From Callorhinchus milii (Eukaryota): 64,000 nucleotides of DNA. Of this stretch, positions 39,721 through 53,734 are shown piece by piece. Numbering within the stretch: position 1 is the first letter of the stretch; every line of letters begins with the position of its first letter. The notes under the pieces were generated by a model, which saw only the letters and a program-made list of their open reading frames with translations, was not told the DNA's origin and made no database searches. The DNA lies in the NCBI RefSeq assembly GCF_018977255.1, contig NW_024704743.1:28150001-28214000 (forward strand), in the 5' to 3' direction. The position numbers and the translations under genes were made by a program.

Positions 39721-40624
39721 ATTATACATACATGCAGAAACACTGCATTTACTACCAAAACTATTAATGGGAATGAAGGCATCATGTGTCAATTCACCAG
39801 CCTATGTCTTCAGGTGATAATAAATACTGTTTATACTTGTTTCTTATCATCTCAAAATATCTCAAACTGCTTCAAACAATGAATGATTTTAAAGTGTAGT
39901 AAATATAATTCTGAATTAAATCATGGCAGCTGACCGTAGGTCAAGCATAATCACACAATGAACAATAAGATGTATGACCATTTACTCTGTTTTTGTGATG
40001 AATTTCATTGAGAGGAGAGTATTGGCTAGGGCACCAGAAGAATCACTGCTGTTGAAAATATTACCATGCGATTTCTAAACCCTACCTGAGCTACCAGTCA
40101 GGATCTTAATTTAACATTGCATACAAAGAATAGGACTTATATACAGTTCTGCACTGTTGCACTGTCTAGATTAGTTCTGGTGGTTAGGTTAAAACCCACA
40201 ACCTTGTAGTTGCATATTGATGTTGTTAATCTGGCTCATTTGGTTGACTCTCACTGTTGAGTCCAAAGGTTGTGGTTGAAGTCCCACGTTGGGGCTTTGA
40301 ACTCAAAGAGTCTAGGCTGACACGTCATTGCATTGTTAGGGGTGCACTGTATTGTTGGATTTGCCATCCTTTGAATTAGATGTTAAACCAATGCCCACTC
40401 TTCCTGTTCAGGTGGACATTAAAGACCCCATGGGAATATTCAACATGAAAATGGAGTTTTTCCTGGTATTCTGGCCAATACCCCCCTCAGGTGAAATTGG
40501 CCCTTCACGGTTCATCACTATTTGTAGGACCTTGCTGTTCACAAATCGCTGCTGTGTTTGCCCACAAAATTCAGTCACCACACTTTACAGTAAATACTGT
40601 GAAGTGTTTTGAGTTATAATATGT

Positions 40625-40835
40625 AATAATAATAATCCTTGCATTTGACATAGCGCTTTTCACGTCTTCAAGACATCCCAAAGCGCTTCACAGAATATAC
40701 TGTAAAGTGAATTGACTGTATATTTGTGGGTGAACGCGGCAGCCAATTGCGCACAGCAGTGTCCCACAAACAGTCGTGGACTGAAAATGACCAATTTATT
40801 ATTGTTTTTGTTTTTTTGGAGGGATTATTATTGGC
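40625..40835 (-). mobile_element. 3' half of the tRNA-derived DeuSINE, inserted into an older SINE (40230-40905)
   Basis: (ATT)n tail and Deu block on the minus strand, interrupting the tail of a + strand older SINE. Confidence 0.75.
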
Positions 40836-42694
40836 CTCACATTGTTGTCCTACAAATGTCCTCACAATGTGCAAGGTGTTATATCAAATGCAAGAATTAT
40901 CATTTTACTTAATGATATACCCAGAGTTTCTGCCTGTTCGGGAATCCTTGTGTGTCACTAACTTAGTGAAGGTGTAAAACTGTTATTACTCACTTCTTGG
41001 CATTTTGCAGCCCATGCTAATTGTGGGTTCATTTGTGTAATGATACCAGTTTATTTTGCTGATTTGTTAGTGTAAAGATTTAGACGGAAGCAATTATAAC
41101 AATACAGTAAGCCACCGTTGGAATTCCAACCAAGCATGATTGGGTCTGAAACCAAAAAATTCCATGAGCCCGCGTGTAGGCTCATGACTTTCAACTCTCC
41201 TAGTGCACTCCAACACCTCACTGAGCATCCTCAGCGTCCTTCAGAGGGATATCCACTTTGCCTTGGATTGTTTCAATCCCGCAAGCAGTAGAAAGCTTAT
41301 TCGCCATCTTCTGTTCGCAGGATTCAAACAATTACAATGCCAGTAAATGCTGGTACTGGCATTGTATTTGCACTTAGCTGGAAATTCCAGCTCACCCGAC
41401 GGGATCTTCTTTTCCCCCCATTAATCCAGCGAGCCGGCGTTTAAGTGGAATGTAGTGTGACATTTGACTGATCTTGGGAGTGTGTTGTGGTTGGGACGTC
41501 CTCCCGACGTGAAAGGCGCTCTGTAAATGTAATCTTGTTGTTTTTGTTGTATCCTGAATCTTACATTGTGAACTTGACTATTTGATTTGGTAAATGTGTA
41601 CAAGGGTAGAGGAAATAAGTTTTGAGAGGTGGTTTCCTTCCAGAAGATGTGCACTTTTTTTCTTTTACCCTTGTTAGTTGGCAAAATCGGTTGCTTCACT
41701 CTTTTCATAACTTAGTTTGAAAAAAAGTCTCCACTTTTTCATTGGGTTTCACTTTTTCCAGCTGGAGTTCCTTTCACTGCAGAAGCACATTATCATAGCT
41801 GTCAGCAGTGGTTCTCTGCAATTCTTTCCAGCTTGTTTTTTAATGTGACTCATGAATAATGCTTCTCTTAGCATGCAACCAAAGGAAGACTTAAAAAGAT
41901 TGTTTGTTGGTAGGATATTTATCACTCATCAATCCACAACAAAACACACGAACAGTCTTTTCTTTAAAGTACATTAGGGTTCGATATATGAATTCTGTTG
42001 AAGAGCTTAATAATAATAATAATCCTTGCATTTGATATATTAATTGCCAGTTGGGATAGTTCTTCCTTAATGCTGTAAATGAGATGTTTTCACTGGCTGG
42101 AGGGAGACACTCCACAAATGTTCAGTGTTCTGGTGGAAAACTAGAACGTAATAGTGTGGCTATTAATCACTGAAGTGAAGCCTCTTTCAGGTAGCCTATT
42201 TCATGCCTCTCTGGGACTATAGCATTTTTCCCAAATCACTAAACAGCCTTCCTGTGTCTCACCAGTGCTGGCTTGACCTCTTAATTTTCAGGCCAACTTT
42301 TGTCCGTCAGATCAGACTTTGTCAACAAGTCTGAAATCTGATGCTGATTTAAATGGAGTAAAAGATTATTCTTGAAGCAAAGTTAATTAATTTGTCAACT
42401 TCAGAGAATACTTCATAAATTTAAATCAGTATTGAATGCTTGATGTTAGTTTATATCTTTTAGCTTTGTAAATGCTGAACTATATAATGGACTGGAAGAT
42501 ACTAGGATATTAAAAGATCTGGTTTTGTTAAAAATCTGTCTCAACATTTTTAAGAACTTCTGAAAAATGTGGTGTTTTATATGCACGTATATATAAAAAT
42601 ACAATTCTCACTTTTTAAAAAAAAGTCTGAGAAGGATAGTCTACCAAATTGCACATGACCTGTGTATAATATATATCTTAAATTTTGTCCACAG

Positions 42695-42824
42695 CTAAAC
42701 CAAACCGAAAACTAACCTTCCTGTATCTGGCGAATGATGTGATCCAGAACAGTAAGAAAAAGGGCCCAGAGTTTACCAAGGACTTTGCACCTGTTTTGGT
42801 GGATGCATTTTCACATGTTTCAAG
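42695..42824 (+). CDS. RPRD1A: RPRD1 exon 2 (AKPNRKLTFLYLANDVIQNSKKKGPEFTKDFAPVLVDAFSHVS)
   Basis: tccacag| acceptor and AG|gtactc donor; 130 nt. Contains the CID motif LYLANDVIQNS. KPNRK and TKDFAPV are RPRD1A-type residues. Confidence 0.93.
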
Positions 42825-44807
42825 GTACTCTCCTGTTCGGCAAGTTTCGGGCCAGCCAGCAATTCTATGATAACCTGCCCACAGTTACAAACTTGATATC
42901 TTGGGTATCAGAAATGCCTCAAGTGAATTGTTGCAAGAATGAGGTATCCCCATTTTTAAATGCATACTATTGTTTCTTACGAAAACTAACATGTTTTTTC
43001 TTAAAAAAAACAATGTAGTGGCATGCTTGGTGTCTTGGCAGTAACCCACATGCCCAATGCAGCAAAGTACAGATTTAAATCTAGTGGGAGAAAAATTGGA
43101 TTTCATTTTATGGAAGCTTGATCAGGAGGTGATCATGAAGTCATTCATTCTGAGTCATCCTCTCCTTGATAGAGCTATCTTGCTGCACTATTACAAATGA
43201 AAGCCCCTGCTGTTGTGTGTGTTTATATAAAAGTGGAATTTAATTTGAGTAAGGTATAATGCTACTTGACTGATGAGCTCAACTTTGTCTCCTCCAGTGG
43301 TTTCTCCTCCTTCCCTCGTACTGTCACTTGTGGTGTATCTTAAGGCTCAATCGTCACTCCCTCCTTTTCGTCATCTATATGCTTCTTCTTGCAGACATCT
43401 TCATGGTTTGCAGATTATAACTGATCCTGGGGGGAGGGGAATGACTGCTGGTCCTGCTTTCAAATCATCGGATCAGTGGTGAAGTCTCTTCTTGCGCACA
43501 TGTGCAGGAAGCGCTGCTGATATCATCATTTTCACAAAATGGTGTCATTGGTGCTTTGTATGTAGTTTACCGGAAGTGATGCCAACAATGCTTTCTGTAC
43601 GTAGTGGCAGTGCACAGGATGAGACTTCAGCTGCAATCTGATGACCCAGAGGGGAGGCCATTTGTTTCAGCTCGTCAGCGCTAGAAGCCAAATGTACTAC
43701 ACTTCCAGGATAGTATGGTAGCATGGATACACCTGTGCTATAAGAGAACACACACAAAACCAAGGCTCATTTTCATGATGTTGTCCTGTATTAATCTGCT
43801 TCCATTCCTCCTCCTTCTGCCTTGCCCCTTTCTTGCCCATCTTCAGTTTACACCTCAAGACCTTCCTCTTTGACCATGTCATCTCCCTGCTCTTCTTGGT
43901 TCAGTGTCAAGTTCCACTACTGTTAAATGCTCCGAGACACTGGCCCACATGAAGGGTGCAATATACATGCAAGTTGTTGTATTAGTTTAGAACAAAAATA
44001 GAAAGGTAGTAAAGGTGGATTGGGAATAAAATGAACAATAAAATATATACTTTCAAGAATTAAAAGAATAAAATGGAAATCTGATTGAAATAAATGAACC
44101 AAGGGAAAATAATACAATAAATCCAGAAATTAGTTTCCCTATTACAAATTTATATTTTCAATTTCAAGGACAAATGTGATGTTGCAACCTGTCTCCATGT
44201 ACTCACAGTTGCTCCATAGTTGATCTGGATTAAATAATAATAATAATAATCCTTGTATTTGATATAGCCCTTACCATATTGTCGAGATTGCTAAAAGAGC
44301 TTTGCAGAATAATACTGTAAAGTGTTTTTGACTATTTTGTGACAAAACGCTGTTCATGAGAGTTTAATCCTTTATGTTGTTCCTTGAGATCATTTTCTGG
44401 TGGGAGGAAGAAATATAAGAAAAATGCTAAGTTAAAAACGTAAGATCATAAGTATTTGCTAGAAGAAAGAAGACCAAGGTGCATCCAGTTCGCCTCCACC
44501 ATCCTGGCAGTTGCATGACATGTCGAGTCCCAAACTATATATTGCATCCCGAGATATTATTTAGTCTTGAAATGTTTTGAAAGTATTGGGTGTATGGATC
44601 ACATGCTGGAAAATCTTTTTAAAAATGGCAAGTTTCTAAGATCTGTAAATATATGATGAAGTGCAGTAGTTTGTTGCAGATCAGTTTTCTTACCATTTCA
44701 CAGGGTAACTTCACTTTGTATTGAGAAGCTTTCAGAATATTTTAAAGCATGTGGCCTTGTGGAGAGGGAAATTGTATTTCTAATTTGGATTTTCCTTTCC
44801 TTGACAG

Positions 44808-44914
44808 TGAATCTGATGAAAACTGTAAGAAGCATTTAGAAAGGGTGTTAGCCATTTGGCAAGAGAGGATGGTTTATGAAAACGACTTCATTGACCAGCT
44901 TAAGCATCTTCTTT
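44808..44914 (+). CDS. RPRD1A: RPRD1 exon 3 (SESDENCKKHLERVLAIWQERMVYENDFIDQLKHLL)
   Basis: Polypyrimidine tract plus ttgacag| acceptor, T|gtaagt donor; 107 nt keeps the frame. Encodes the end of the CID domain. Confidence 0.92.
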
Positions 44915-45437
44915 GTAAGTATATCTACATGGACATTGTCAACTGCTATCTCAAGTACTGTACTTTCACGGCCTTGCTCCCTCCTACCTCTCTGACCTAC
45001 TATCCCCCTACTTACCTGCCCGTACCCTCCGTTCCTCTGGCTCCGGTCTGCTCCACATCCCCCGCACCAACCGCCCTACCATCGGTGGCCGGGCCTTCAG
45101 CCTCTCAGCCCCCAGGCTCTGGAACTCCATCCCCAAGTGCCTTCGCCTCGCTTCCTCCCTTTCCTCCTTCAAGGCCGGTCTCAAGACGTTTCTCTTCAAC
45201 CGTGCCTTCAGCTCCCCTCTCGACTCTCTACCCCCTCCTCGCTCCCTTCCTTCCATCCCCTTACCATGGCATTTTCCCCCTGCTCGGGTCCTGACCCAAC
45301 TGTACAGCGCCGTGGGACGTCCTCCCGACGTGAATGGCGCTCTATAAATGGAATCTTGTTGTTGTTGTTGTACTTGTTTTTTTCCAAAGGTGCCTTTTTA
45401 AAGCATGTTTTTAAAACTAGTTTGCTATGTTAAACAG

Positions 45438-45529
45438 CAGAAAAAAAAGCCAAGAAACGTACTTTTGAACAAATACAAGAAGAAGATGACGACTATCTTT
45501 CCAATACCACGCCCAAAGAAGCACCAGAG
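45438..45529 (+). CDS. RPRD1A: RPRD1 exon 4 (SEKKAKKRTFEQIQEEDDDYLSNTTPKEAPE)
   Basis: taaacag|CAG tandem acceptor and GAG|gtacta donor; 92 nt restores phase 0. KRTFEQIQEE is the RPRD1 linker motif. Confidence 0.88.
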
Positions 45530-45956
45530 GTACTACCAGTTATTTAATTTAAAATAAAATGATTATTGTGTGCATGGTCATGGACGTGCTCCCAGCAGAA
45601 CGTTCCAGATCCTAACCATTATGTGCATGAAAACATTTTTCCTAACCTACGACAGAATTCTAATGAAGAGGTTAAATTGAACCACAAATTGAGATTCCAA
45701 GGCTATATTGGGTGCTATTGATCACAGCTAACCCAACATGTGGTTGATCAGCCCAAAAAAGTGTGCAGTCATTTGTATGTTTGATTCTTCACTTGTACAG
45801 CCCAACCTTGGACCACGTGAGAATGCTGTTATGTGTGCTTTTAATGCAATAGCTCATATTATGACCAGTAGCATTATGATCTTAACTGAAATGTAGGAAA
45901 AAGTATGCTACATTTCATTATTTGTACATTCAAACACACTATTTGTTGTATGTCAG

Positions 45957-46083
45957 ACTGAGGAGCTCATCAAAGCATTGCAAGAGCTGGAAAACGCAGC
46001 TTCAGGTGATGCAGCTGTGCGACAAAAGATAGCTTCATTACCTCCAGAGGTTCAGGATGTCTCTCTGTTAGATAAAATAACAG
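45957..46083 (+). CDS. RPRD1A: RPRD1 exon 5 (TEELIKALQELENAASGDAAVRQKIASLPPEVQDVSLLDKIT)
   Basis: tgtcag| acceptor and G|gtgagg donor; 127 nt. Conserved LENAASGDA motif of the CREPT/coiled-coil region. Confidence 0.93.
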
Positions 46084-46210
46084 GTGAGGAAAGGCATTTC
46101 AAGCCTAGAACATTGAGTCTCATTTCCTGCAATTTTAGACATGAAATAATACTTGTGCAAATATTCCCTTGTATAATTTGAATACCCTGTGGCTTATGGT
46201 TCAAATTTAG

Positions 46211-46386
46211 ACAAAGAGTCTGCAGACAGATTGTCGAGAACTGTGGATGAGGCCTGCATGCTCTTGGCAGACTACAATGGCAGACTGGCTGCAGAACTGG
46301 AAGATCGCAAGCAGTTGGCACGTATGCTGGCTGATTACGTCCGTATTCAAAAAGAAATCCTAGCGGAGAAAGAACATAAACTGGAA
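46211..46386 (+). CDS. RPRD1A: RPRD1 exon 6 (DKESADRLSRTVDEACMLLADYNGRLAAELEDRKQLARMLADYVRIQKEILAEKEHKLE)
   Basis: atttag| acceptor and GAA|gtgcgt donor; 176 nt. Conserved YNGRLAAE coiled coil. Confidence 0.93.
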
Positions 46387-47169
46387 GTGCGTAATTCTTC
46401 TTTTTTCTTTCCCACTTGTTCCTTTTTTGTTTTAAGGCATCCCATAATTTAAGCAGATCTCTGGGTTGCTGGGGTAAGTACGTACCTATTCTTGATTGTG
46501 GTTCTTTTCCCTCCCTCCATTGTAGTTGATTTTATTAACTATTCATAAGCTTCTGTTACAGATGGTGGGTGTGGATATACCATGCATTGCTGGTCTTCAA
46601 CCAATTGACAGCCTTCCAATTAAAGAAATATACCACAAAGTAACAAAATGTGTTGTGTTCTCTTTTTGAGTACCAGGTTAGCTTGAGTACAGAACCTATT
46701 ATAACAAATTAAACTTTTGGATCCAAAGAACAATTGATTTTGCAATTGGAAAAGCCCCTTTCCAAAAAATTTCTAAAGACTTTTACTAGCCTGCACAGAC
46801 TAGACATTAAATTTATCACAAATCTAACCTTACTTTATATTTACTTATAACTTTATTTTCTCAACACATGCTTTCTGCACCCCCCCACACCTCACCCTAC
46901 CCCACCCCAGTTCTTGGAATTCCACCTTGAAACTCTGGAAAGTTTTAGTTTATATTAGTGTTTTGTACTAGACAACACCCACACCAGTCGAAGCACCACT
47001 CAAGCGCTCTGGGACGCTACCCTGCATGAGGGGTGCTATATAAGTGCAAGTTGTTGTTGCTCCTGCACCCCTATTGCCTGTAGAGACCAAGGTTTCAATC
47101 CATTTCAGACAGATGGGATGGTAGTCTTATGATGTTCATTCATCCCAGCTGCATACTGATCATGACTAT

Positions 47170-47535
47170 AAACTCTGTTGCTCAGTGGTTAGAGCACTCG
47201 TCTTGCAAGCGAAGAGACCTGGGCTCGATTCCCGGCAGGTGAAATGTTAGGCAAGTTTCCTTACTCCACACATCGCTTTACCTAGCAGTAAGTAGGAACC
47301 CGGTTGTCAGTCGATTGGCGGATCGTTTTAAGGGGGGTAATAATTCCTTCAAAAAAAATAATAAATTGGTCATTTCAATCCACAACTGTTTGTGGAACAC
47401 TGCTGTGCGCAATTGGCTGCTGCATTTCACCCATAAAAATATACAGTCAATTCACTTTGCAGTATATTCTGTGGAATATACTTGGATGTCTCGAAGATGT
47501 GATAAGGCTATATCAAATGCAAGGATTATTATTTT
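47170..47535 (+). mobile_element. tRNA-derived DeuSINE, long form
   Basis: gctcagtggttagagc ... gggctcgattcccggc head, cctagcagtaagtaggaacccgg segment, Deu block, (TTA)n tail. Confidence 0.85.
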
Positions 47536-47576
47536 AAATAATTTCAGTTGGATTTTTTAAAAAAGAATACTGTAGG

Positions 47577-47700
47577 TCAGGGGTCTCCAAACAGTCGATT
47601 GTGATCAACCAGTTGATCGAGATCGACTTCTTGGAGTGTCAGGAAATAGCTTGCCAAACACCCGGACCAGTCCAGGCAAGTCCGCGCAAAGTTCCATTAG
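47577..47700 (+). mobile_element. hAT (Charlie-like) transposon left-end remnant
   Basis: CAGGGGTCTCCAAAC terminus followed by reiterated gatcga motifs. Confidence 0.45.
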
Positions 47701-50700
47701 GTAACAAGCCATGGCGTGGCCATAAATGAAGAAAAATTCAAAAAAGAAAAACTTATTTGTTTACTGACTATAAAGGTGGGCGGCAACTGCTGAAGGTTAA
47801 TATATTCTGTATGATGGAATTAATTATGATATATCTTCCAACTTCACCTGTAGTCTTTGTGTCCCAGTGTCCACTTCATAATCTGCTTGGTACAATCATA
47901 GGGTGTATTGCCGGAACTGGGATTGAATAATGTTCCCTTTTGTGCCCAGTGAGAGAAAGCAAGGGAATGCTATGGAAAGGCAATTGGCAATTGTAGAGAA
48001 AGTTCTCTATTAAAATAATAAACACCTTTACAATTAGTAGAACTATAGTTTGTACATGCTGTGAGAAGGGTATCAAGATATTATAAAGCACTCAAGACAT
48101 TACCCAATATGAAATAAGTTGTGGACCTAAGGACGAAAAAAATCAAACCGGGTTCCTGCTTGTGATTAGTGAGCCCTGCTGAAAAGTAAACATCGGTTGA
48201 TGACAGTGGATTGGTTTTGATACTTTAGGCTGAATAGTCTCCCAATATTCAATATGTGGTTCAAGCATGAATAGTAATACGTTGGGTATGCTGCTGGCTG
48301 CTTAGGTACTAAATAACAATAAGTTTGGGGTGTAGTGGGGAGGACAGATGCTAAGTGTGTTTTTGTGTATGCAGAAAAATTGGACAGTTTCAATTGAGCT
48401 CTGCCTGTCCATTTACAAAATGGCTGTATGATACATGAATATCTCTGCTTGTACACTTTAGTGAATGTGATGTGCTTCAGCTTTGCCAATTTTAACCCAA
48501 TCTGTCTATAAGGAAAAAGTGCAGCTGTTGGCCAAACCTATTTCGAATTTTCTCATCAGGTAAGGGTATAATTTGTGGAATGAGACAAGGCAATTAAGCC
48601 TATCAACAACAACAACTTGCATTACACAGTGCCCCTCATGTGAAGTAGCATTTGAGTGTTTTAACATTGATGGAGCTCAACCCCGGGGTGGGGGGAGTAG
48701 AAAGGGGAGGTGACCATAGGCATAGTCAAAGAGGAGAGTCTGAACATGGGCAAGGTGGAATGATTGAGGCAGAGTTCCAGTTTCAGGCCATTGTGGACCT
48801 GCCCCTACCCTTTGGAACTCCATCCCACATTCCCTTCGCCTTGCTCCCTCCCTTGCCTCCTTCAAGGCACGGGTCAAGACCCTCTTTGACTGCGCATTTG
48901 GACACCCTCCCTGATCCCAACTCTCCACCCACCCTCGGTCCAAATCCCTAGCTGTCCAGTGCCTCGGGACATCCTCCCTACATGAACGGTTCTATACAAA
49001 TATAATATTGTATTGTGGCTGAAAGCCCAGCTGTCGATGATGGAGCAGAGGGGTGAGGGATGTGTAGAAGGCCTGAACCACTTGAGTGAAACAGCTAGAT
49101 AGTGGAATGGGTGTAAATAGATTGCAGAGGTAGGAAGGTGTAAAAGTGTGAATTGATATGTAAATGTGAGGATCTTGAAATCCACCCGTTCTGATGATCA
49201 TTGGCAAGGTCTAGGATGATGAGGGTGCAGAGTTTGGTGTAAGTGAGGATATCGGTGGAGTTCTGATTCAGTTAGATTTTATAGGTGGTGGAGCTAAGGA
49301 GACAGCAAGGAGGGAGGGCATTGGAGAGATTGAGGAAAGAGGCGCTGAATGTGTGAATAAGGTGGGTTGTAAAGCAATAGTTCTCCATATAGTGTGATTT
49401 CAAAACTTATGGATCCAAAGGACAATTGGTTTTGCAATTGGTAGGGCCTCTCTCAACAAATTTCATTCCTGGATCCTAAGTAAATTCAATTGAAATGGTT
49501 TTAGCCAGTCACAAGATATAAATCCATAGCATTGGCATACTATTGGAGCAGCTTAGTAGAAGTCCTGAACTCATATTTGGACATATTTGAACTCTGTTTT
49601 AAACTAAATTTAATTGCTTTAGACTTGATGGGAGTCATTTAATTTTCGAGCGTGAGGTATTTAAACTGGCAACAAAATAGTAATTTCATGTTACAGTAAA
49701 TCCTTTGAAGCGCTTTCAGATATTTTGACGGTGTGTTAGTTGCTGTGTTAAATGCTGTGATTATTTACATACGGTATAGAAAAATACCATTTTTCTTTTA
49801 AAAGTAGCAGAGGCAAACAGTCAATTATGTTGTGCAGCTAGTTTTCCCATTCCTCTTCAGGTGGTGAATTTTTACGAGGAGGTGCAGTTGGAGAGAGGCG
49901 GTGCCGCCACTGCTGGGTAGGAAGAGAACTTAAGCTGGACAAAACAGGCAGCCCTAGTGTCCGGCTTAAGTGGCTTCCACTGTATATGAATCTGGACCTT
50001 TATATCTGAAGTGCCAGTGAACCATTTGACCCAGGGTTGGAGAGGAGGAGGAGGGCAGGAGAATAAAGCACATTGTCCTTAGCCAGCTGTTACCTTAAGT
50101 GCATTTTCCTACTCGGGATCTCTGGATTGGAATCTTGCCAGATTGTCTCCTCCCATTTCCTTCTCACTCTTGCATGCCCATGAATGTAGATACCTGTCGG
50201 TTAATCAGATTTTATTTCAGGCAATCCCTTATTACAATATATATGGATTTCTAACACTATTTTCAAATGATCATTTTTATGTCCCTTTGCCTTAGAATCC
50301 CTATTTTCATTGTAATTAAGAGTGCCCAACATCAGGGTCACTGTCAAGGCAATCTATACTTTTAAAGCCTTTACAACACACTTGTTATTGGCAATGACAT
50401 GGGAGATTAAACTGCAGAATAGCTGGTTATAATTACATACACAAGGAAACAAAATGCCATTATTTTCTGCCAAAATTGCTTTAAATCTGTGTTAATGTTC
50501 AGAATAGATTTACATGAATTAAAAAATATTGCTGGCATTCTCCCATTGGATGTCTTGTAAACCCATGCTATTCATGCCAAAAATCTGTTAGTTGCACATA
50601 TTTTACATTTTGAGAGAATTATGTCCTATTTTGTGTTTTTTGAGGCTTTTCTGTTACAGTCAAACCTCATTATATCGAACCCTGCAATTTTAAGCATCCT

Positions 50701-53700
50701 ATGGCAATCCGGAAGGTCGGCAGGGAGATATGCCTCTTTGACGGCCAAACCCTACTCTCTATAGTGAACACCTTCATTTAATAATCTTTTCTGCTGGTCC
50801 CGAGTGGGGTAACTAGGATAGCTTCAGATTATGATGTAGACCTTTTTTCCTCCATCTATCATTCAGTTGATTGTATCTATGCTGGAGAGTGCATAAAATT
50901 CAAATCCTTTTAGAATTACAACTCCTGCCTGTCCTGTTAGGGACATTTTTGATATTGTAAACTGTTGACAATCTGATCATGAGTTGATGATGAAGAAGAT
51001 GCTTCAGCTCGTTTGATTTCATGTTCCAGAAAACCCACCCCATCGTCTTACAACACAAAGCTGTTTCTCACAAGGCCAGGCAATGTCGCAAATCTTGCCT
51101 TTAACATCCCATTGGAAACCCATTCCAGCCATCAAGTACCCTTGGTAAATAAATACATTGAACCTATGCCCATTCATTTGCCTGGCTCCATGTATCTGAA
51201 AGTATTGTTCTGGTTTTACTTCATAAAGCCCATTTATCATTTTACATATCTCTGAGGCCCCACTGGGATATTTCACGTTAAAGGGTGACAATTAATGAAT
51301 GAATTAATGAATTAATTAATTATTCCTTGTACCTCATCTAATCTGATTTATCCTTTGTTGTGCACTGTTGCGCTGCCTATAGTCTTTCTGTGCCATGGTG
51401 ACTCCAATTATACATAGAACACCAGGCATGGACTGACCAGACCACATACACCTTAAGCATGACTTCTAGGGAATTCAACTCAACTAATTTGGCAATGTAG
51501 ACTAACATTTATGTTTGTCCTGTTTTTTTTTTGCTTCCTCACACTTGACATGGTAAGCAACAAGTCAACTTGTAGGTCTCTTTCAACGCTTGTACCCAAA
51601 TGAGTGAACCTGAGGTTTTGCAAGTGACTGATGGTAGTTTTGTGTAATTTCTTTGTATGATTAAAAAAATTACTTTGTATCATAAGAGCTGAACATACTG
51701 GCCCATTTCTTTGAATGCTGGTTGTGCTTATAACTCCCATGTGTTCCCCCTATTATGTCGCAAAGCAAGAAAACAGCTGATCCTTGTAACTGTTCCGATG
51801 AATTCCTGTGGCATGTGATTGTGTGAAAACTGCACAGTAATCAGTAAAATTGTATATAATTTATAATTCCATATCGCAAAACGAGTCTCTACATGGCAGC
51901 TGTAGCAAACATGTTTGATTTTCAACCAAGGGATTGCAATTGTGTTCAGTTCTATTAATGTGGGATTTTGTGATGAGGTAATTTAGCACACTGTCGTTAT
52001 AGGAGTTGTTACGTGCCTTTTCACCCACTGTGGCAAACTTTGGTAAGAGGTACATTTCATGAAAGTCTCCCCAGCTCCCCCGTTCATGAAATCCAATTAA
52101 TTAAAAATTCTTCTGCCCATATCCTCACCCGTGCCAAACTCCATACTCCCATCACCCCAGTCCTTGCTAGGCTCCACTGACTCCCTATTGCAGAACAGAT
52201 CGATTTAAAAATGCTCACACTTGCATATTAATCGCTTCATGCCTTGACACCACCCTACCTCTCCAATCTGCTACCGATCCACTATCAGCCTCCATCGCTT
52301 AATTGACTCTGGCCTACTGCATTTCCCTGTCATCTCCACCGTCGGCAGCCATGCTTTCAGCCACTATGTTCCCAAACTTCAGATGAGACATTAACAGTCC
52401 CGTTTGCATTCACTGATGGATGTTAAAGATCGCATGGCACAATTTGAAAAAAGTAGGGAGCGCAAGCAGCGGGTAGTGGGTTGGGGGGTAAGCAAGTCAG
52501 AGAGGTAGAGAGGTGCCAGGGCATGAAGTGATTTGTACACAAGTGTGAGAATCTTGAAATTGATCCATTCTGCAAAAGAAATAGGGAAGTGATGATAAAT
52601 GGGTATGCCACTGGTTAGGTTTCAGCCAGAATATTATTTGCAGTTATGGGTACCACATTTCAGAAAGGATATTAGAGCTATGGAGAGGATGGCAAATAGG
52701 TTCAGATGTATGATAATGGAATGAAAGGATATATTGATGTGAGGCGAGATAAGTTACGATTATTCCCATTAGATATTGAGCTCCTATCATCTCGGCTGAC
52801 ATTTTGATGCAGTGCTGGAGGTTTGCTTCATTAATCAGAGGTGCCATCCTTTGGATGAGGCATTAAGATGAGGCCCCAGCTGCTTTTTCATGTGGTGTTA
52901 AAGAACGCATGGCACTTTTCAAAAAGAGTACAGAATTTCTCCCTGTGTCTTGGACAGCAATCCCCCAAATAACTGGTTGTTTACTTTGGCAGTTTGTTGA
53001 CCATTGCTGTGTGAAAATTGGTTGTAGTGCTCACCTACAAAATAGTCACTATACGTGGCATTAAATCCTGTGAAGCACTTTGAGACACTATCAACGATGT
53101 AATAATGTGCTATATCAAATGCAAGATTATTTTGAAAGGAGAAGTTAAGGGTGACAAGTTATGCAAATAAAATGATATACGTCTAAGGAGTAGCAAAACT
53201 GAACACTGGGTAAATTCCCACAGTCCTAAACATTAAAAGTAAAAAGGAATGCACAAATGTAAACCATCAATACTACATTGCCACATTGGTCAACACGAAA
53301 CCAAGACTGCATTTTTTCACCTCAGCAACATCTCTCACCAAATGCCACTGAAATCCGTATTCATGCCTTTGTTATCTCCTTTCTAGGTGTTCTGAGATGC
53401 TACCCTGCATGAAGTGTGCTATATAAATTCAAGTTGTTTCCTAATGCATTATTTGCTGATCTCCCTACCTCACCATCTGTAAGCTCCAGCTATTGCAAAG
53501 ATCCACCATCACATCCTGACCCAGACCACACTGCATGTCTGTCACCAAATTCCACTATCTCAACAGATGAACTTTTAAGATTCCCATCTTCACTTATAAA
53601 TCCCTTCAACTCGTAGTATCTGTCTATCCCTTTTCTTTTACTGCACTACTCTGTGCATGCCCTCTACTTGGCTAATTTAGGTGTGATATGTGGCCTCCAC

Positions 53701-53734
53701 ACCATCATCGATTGCCAAGCCTATACTTCCAACT

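Noticed and set aside
44749..45294. 181-aa ORF
   Set aside because: RPRD1 exon 3 read through its donor into an L2 fragment.
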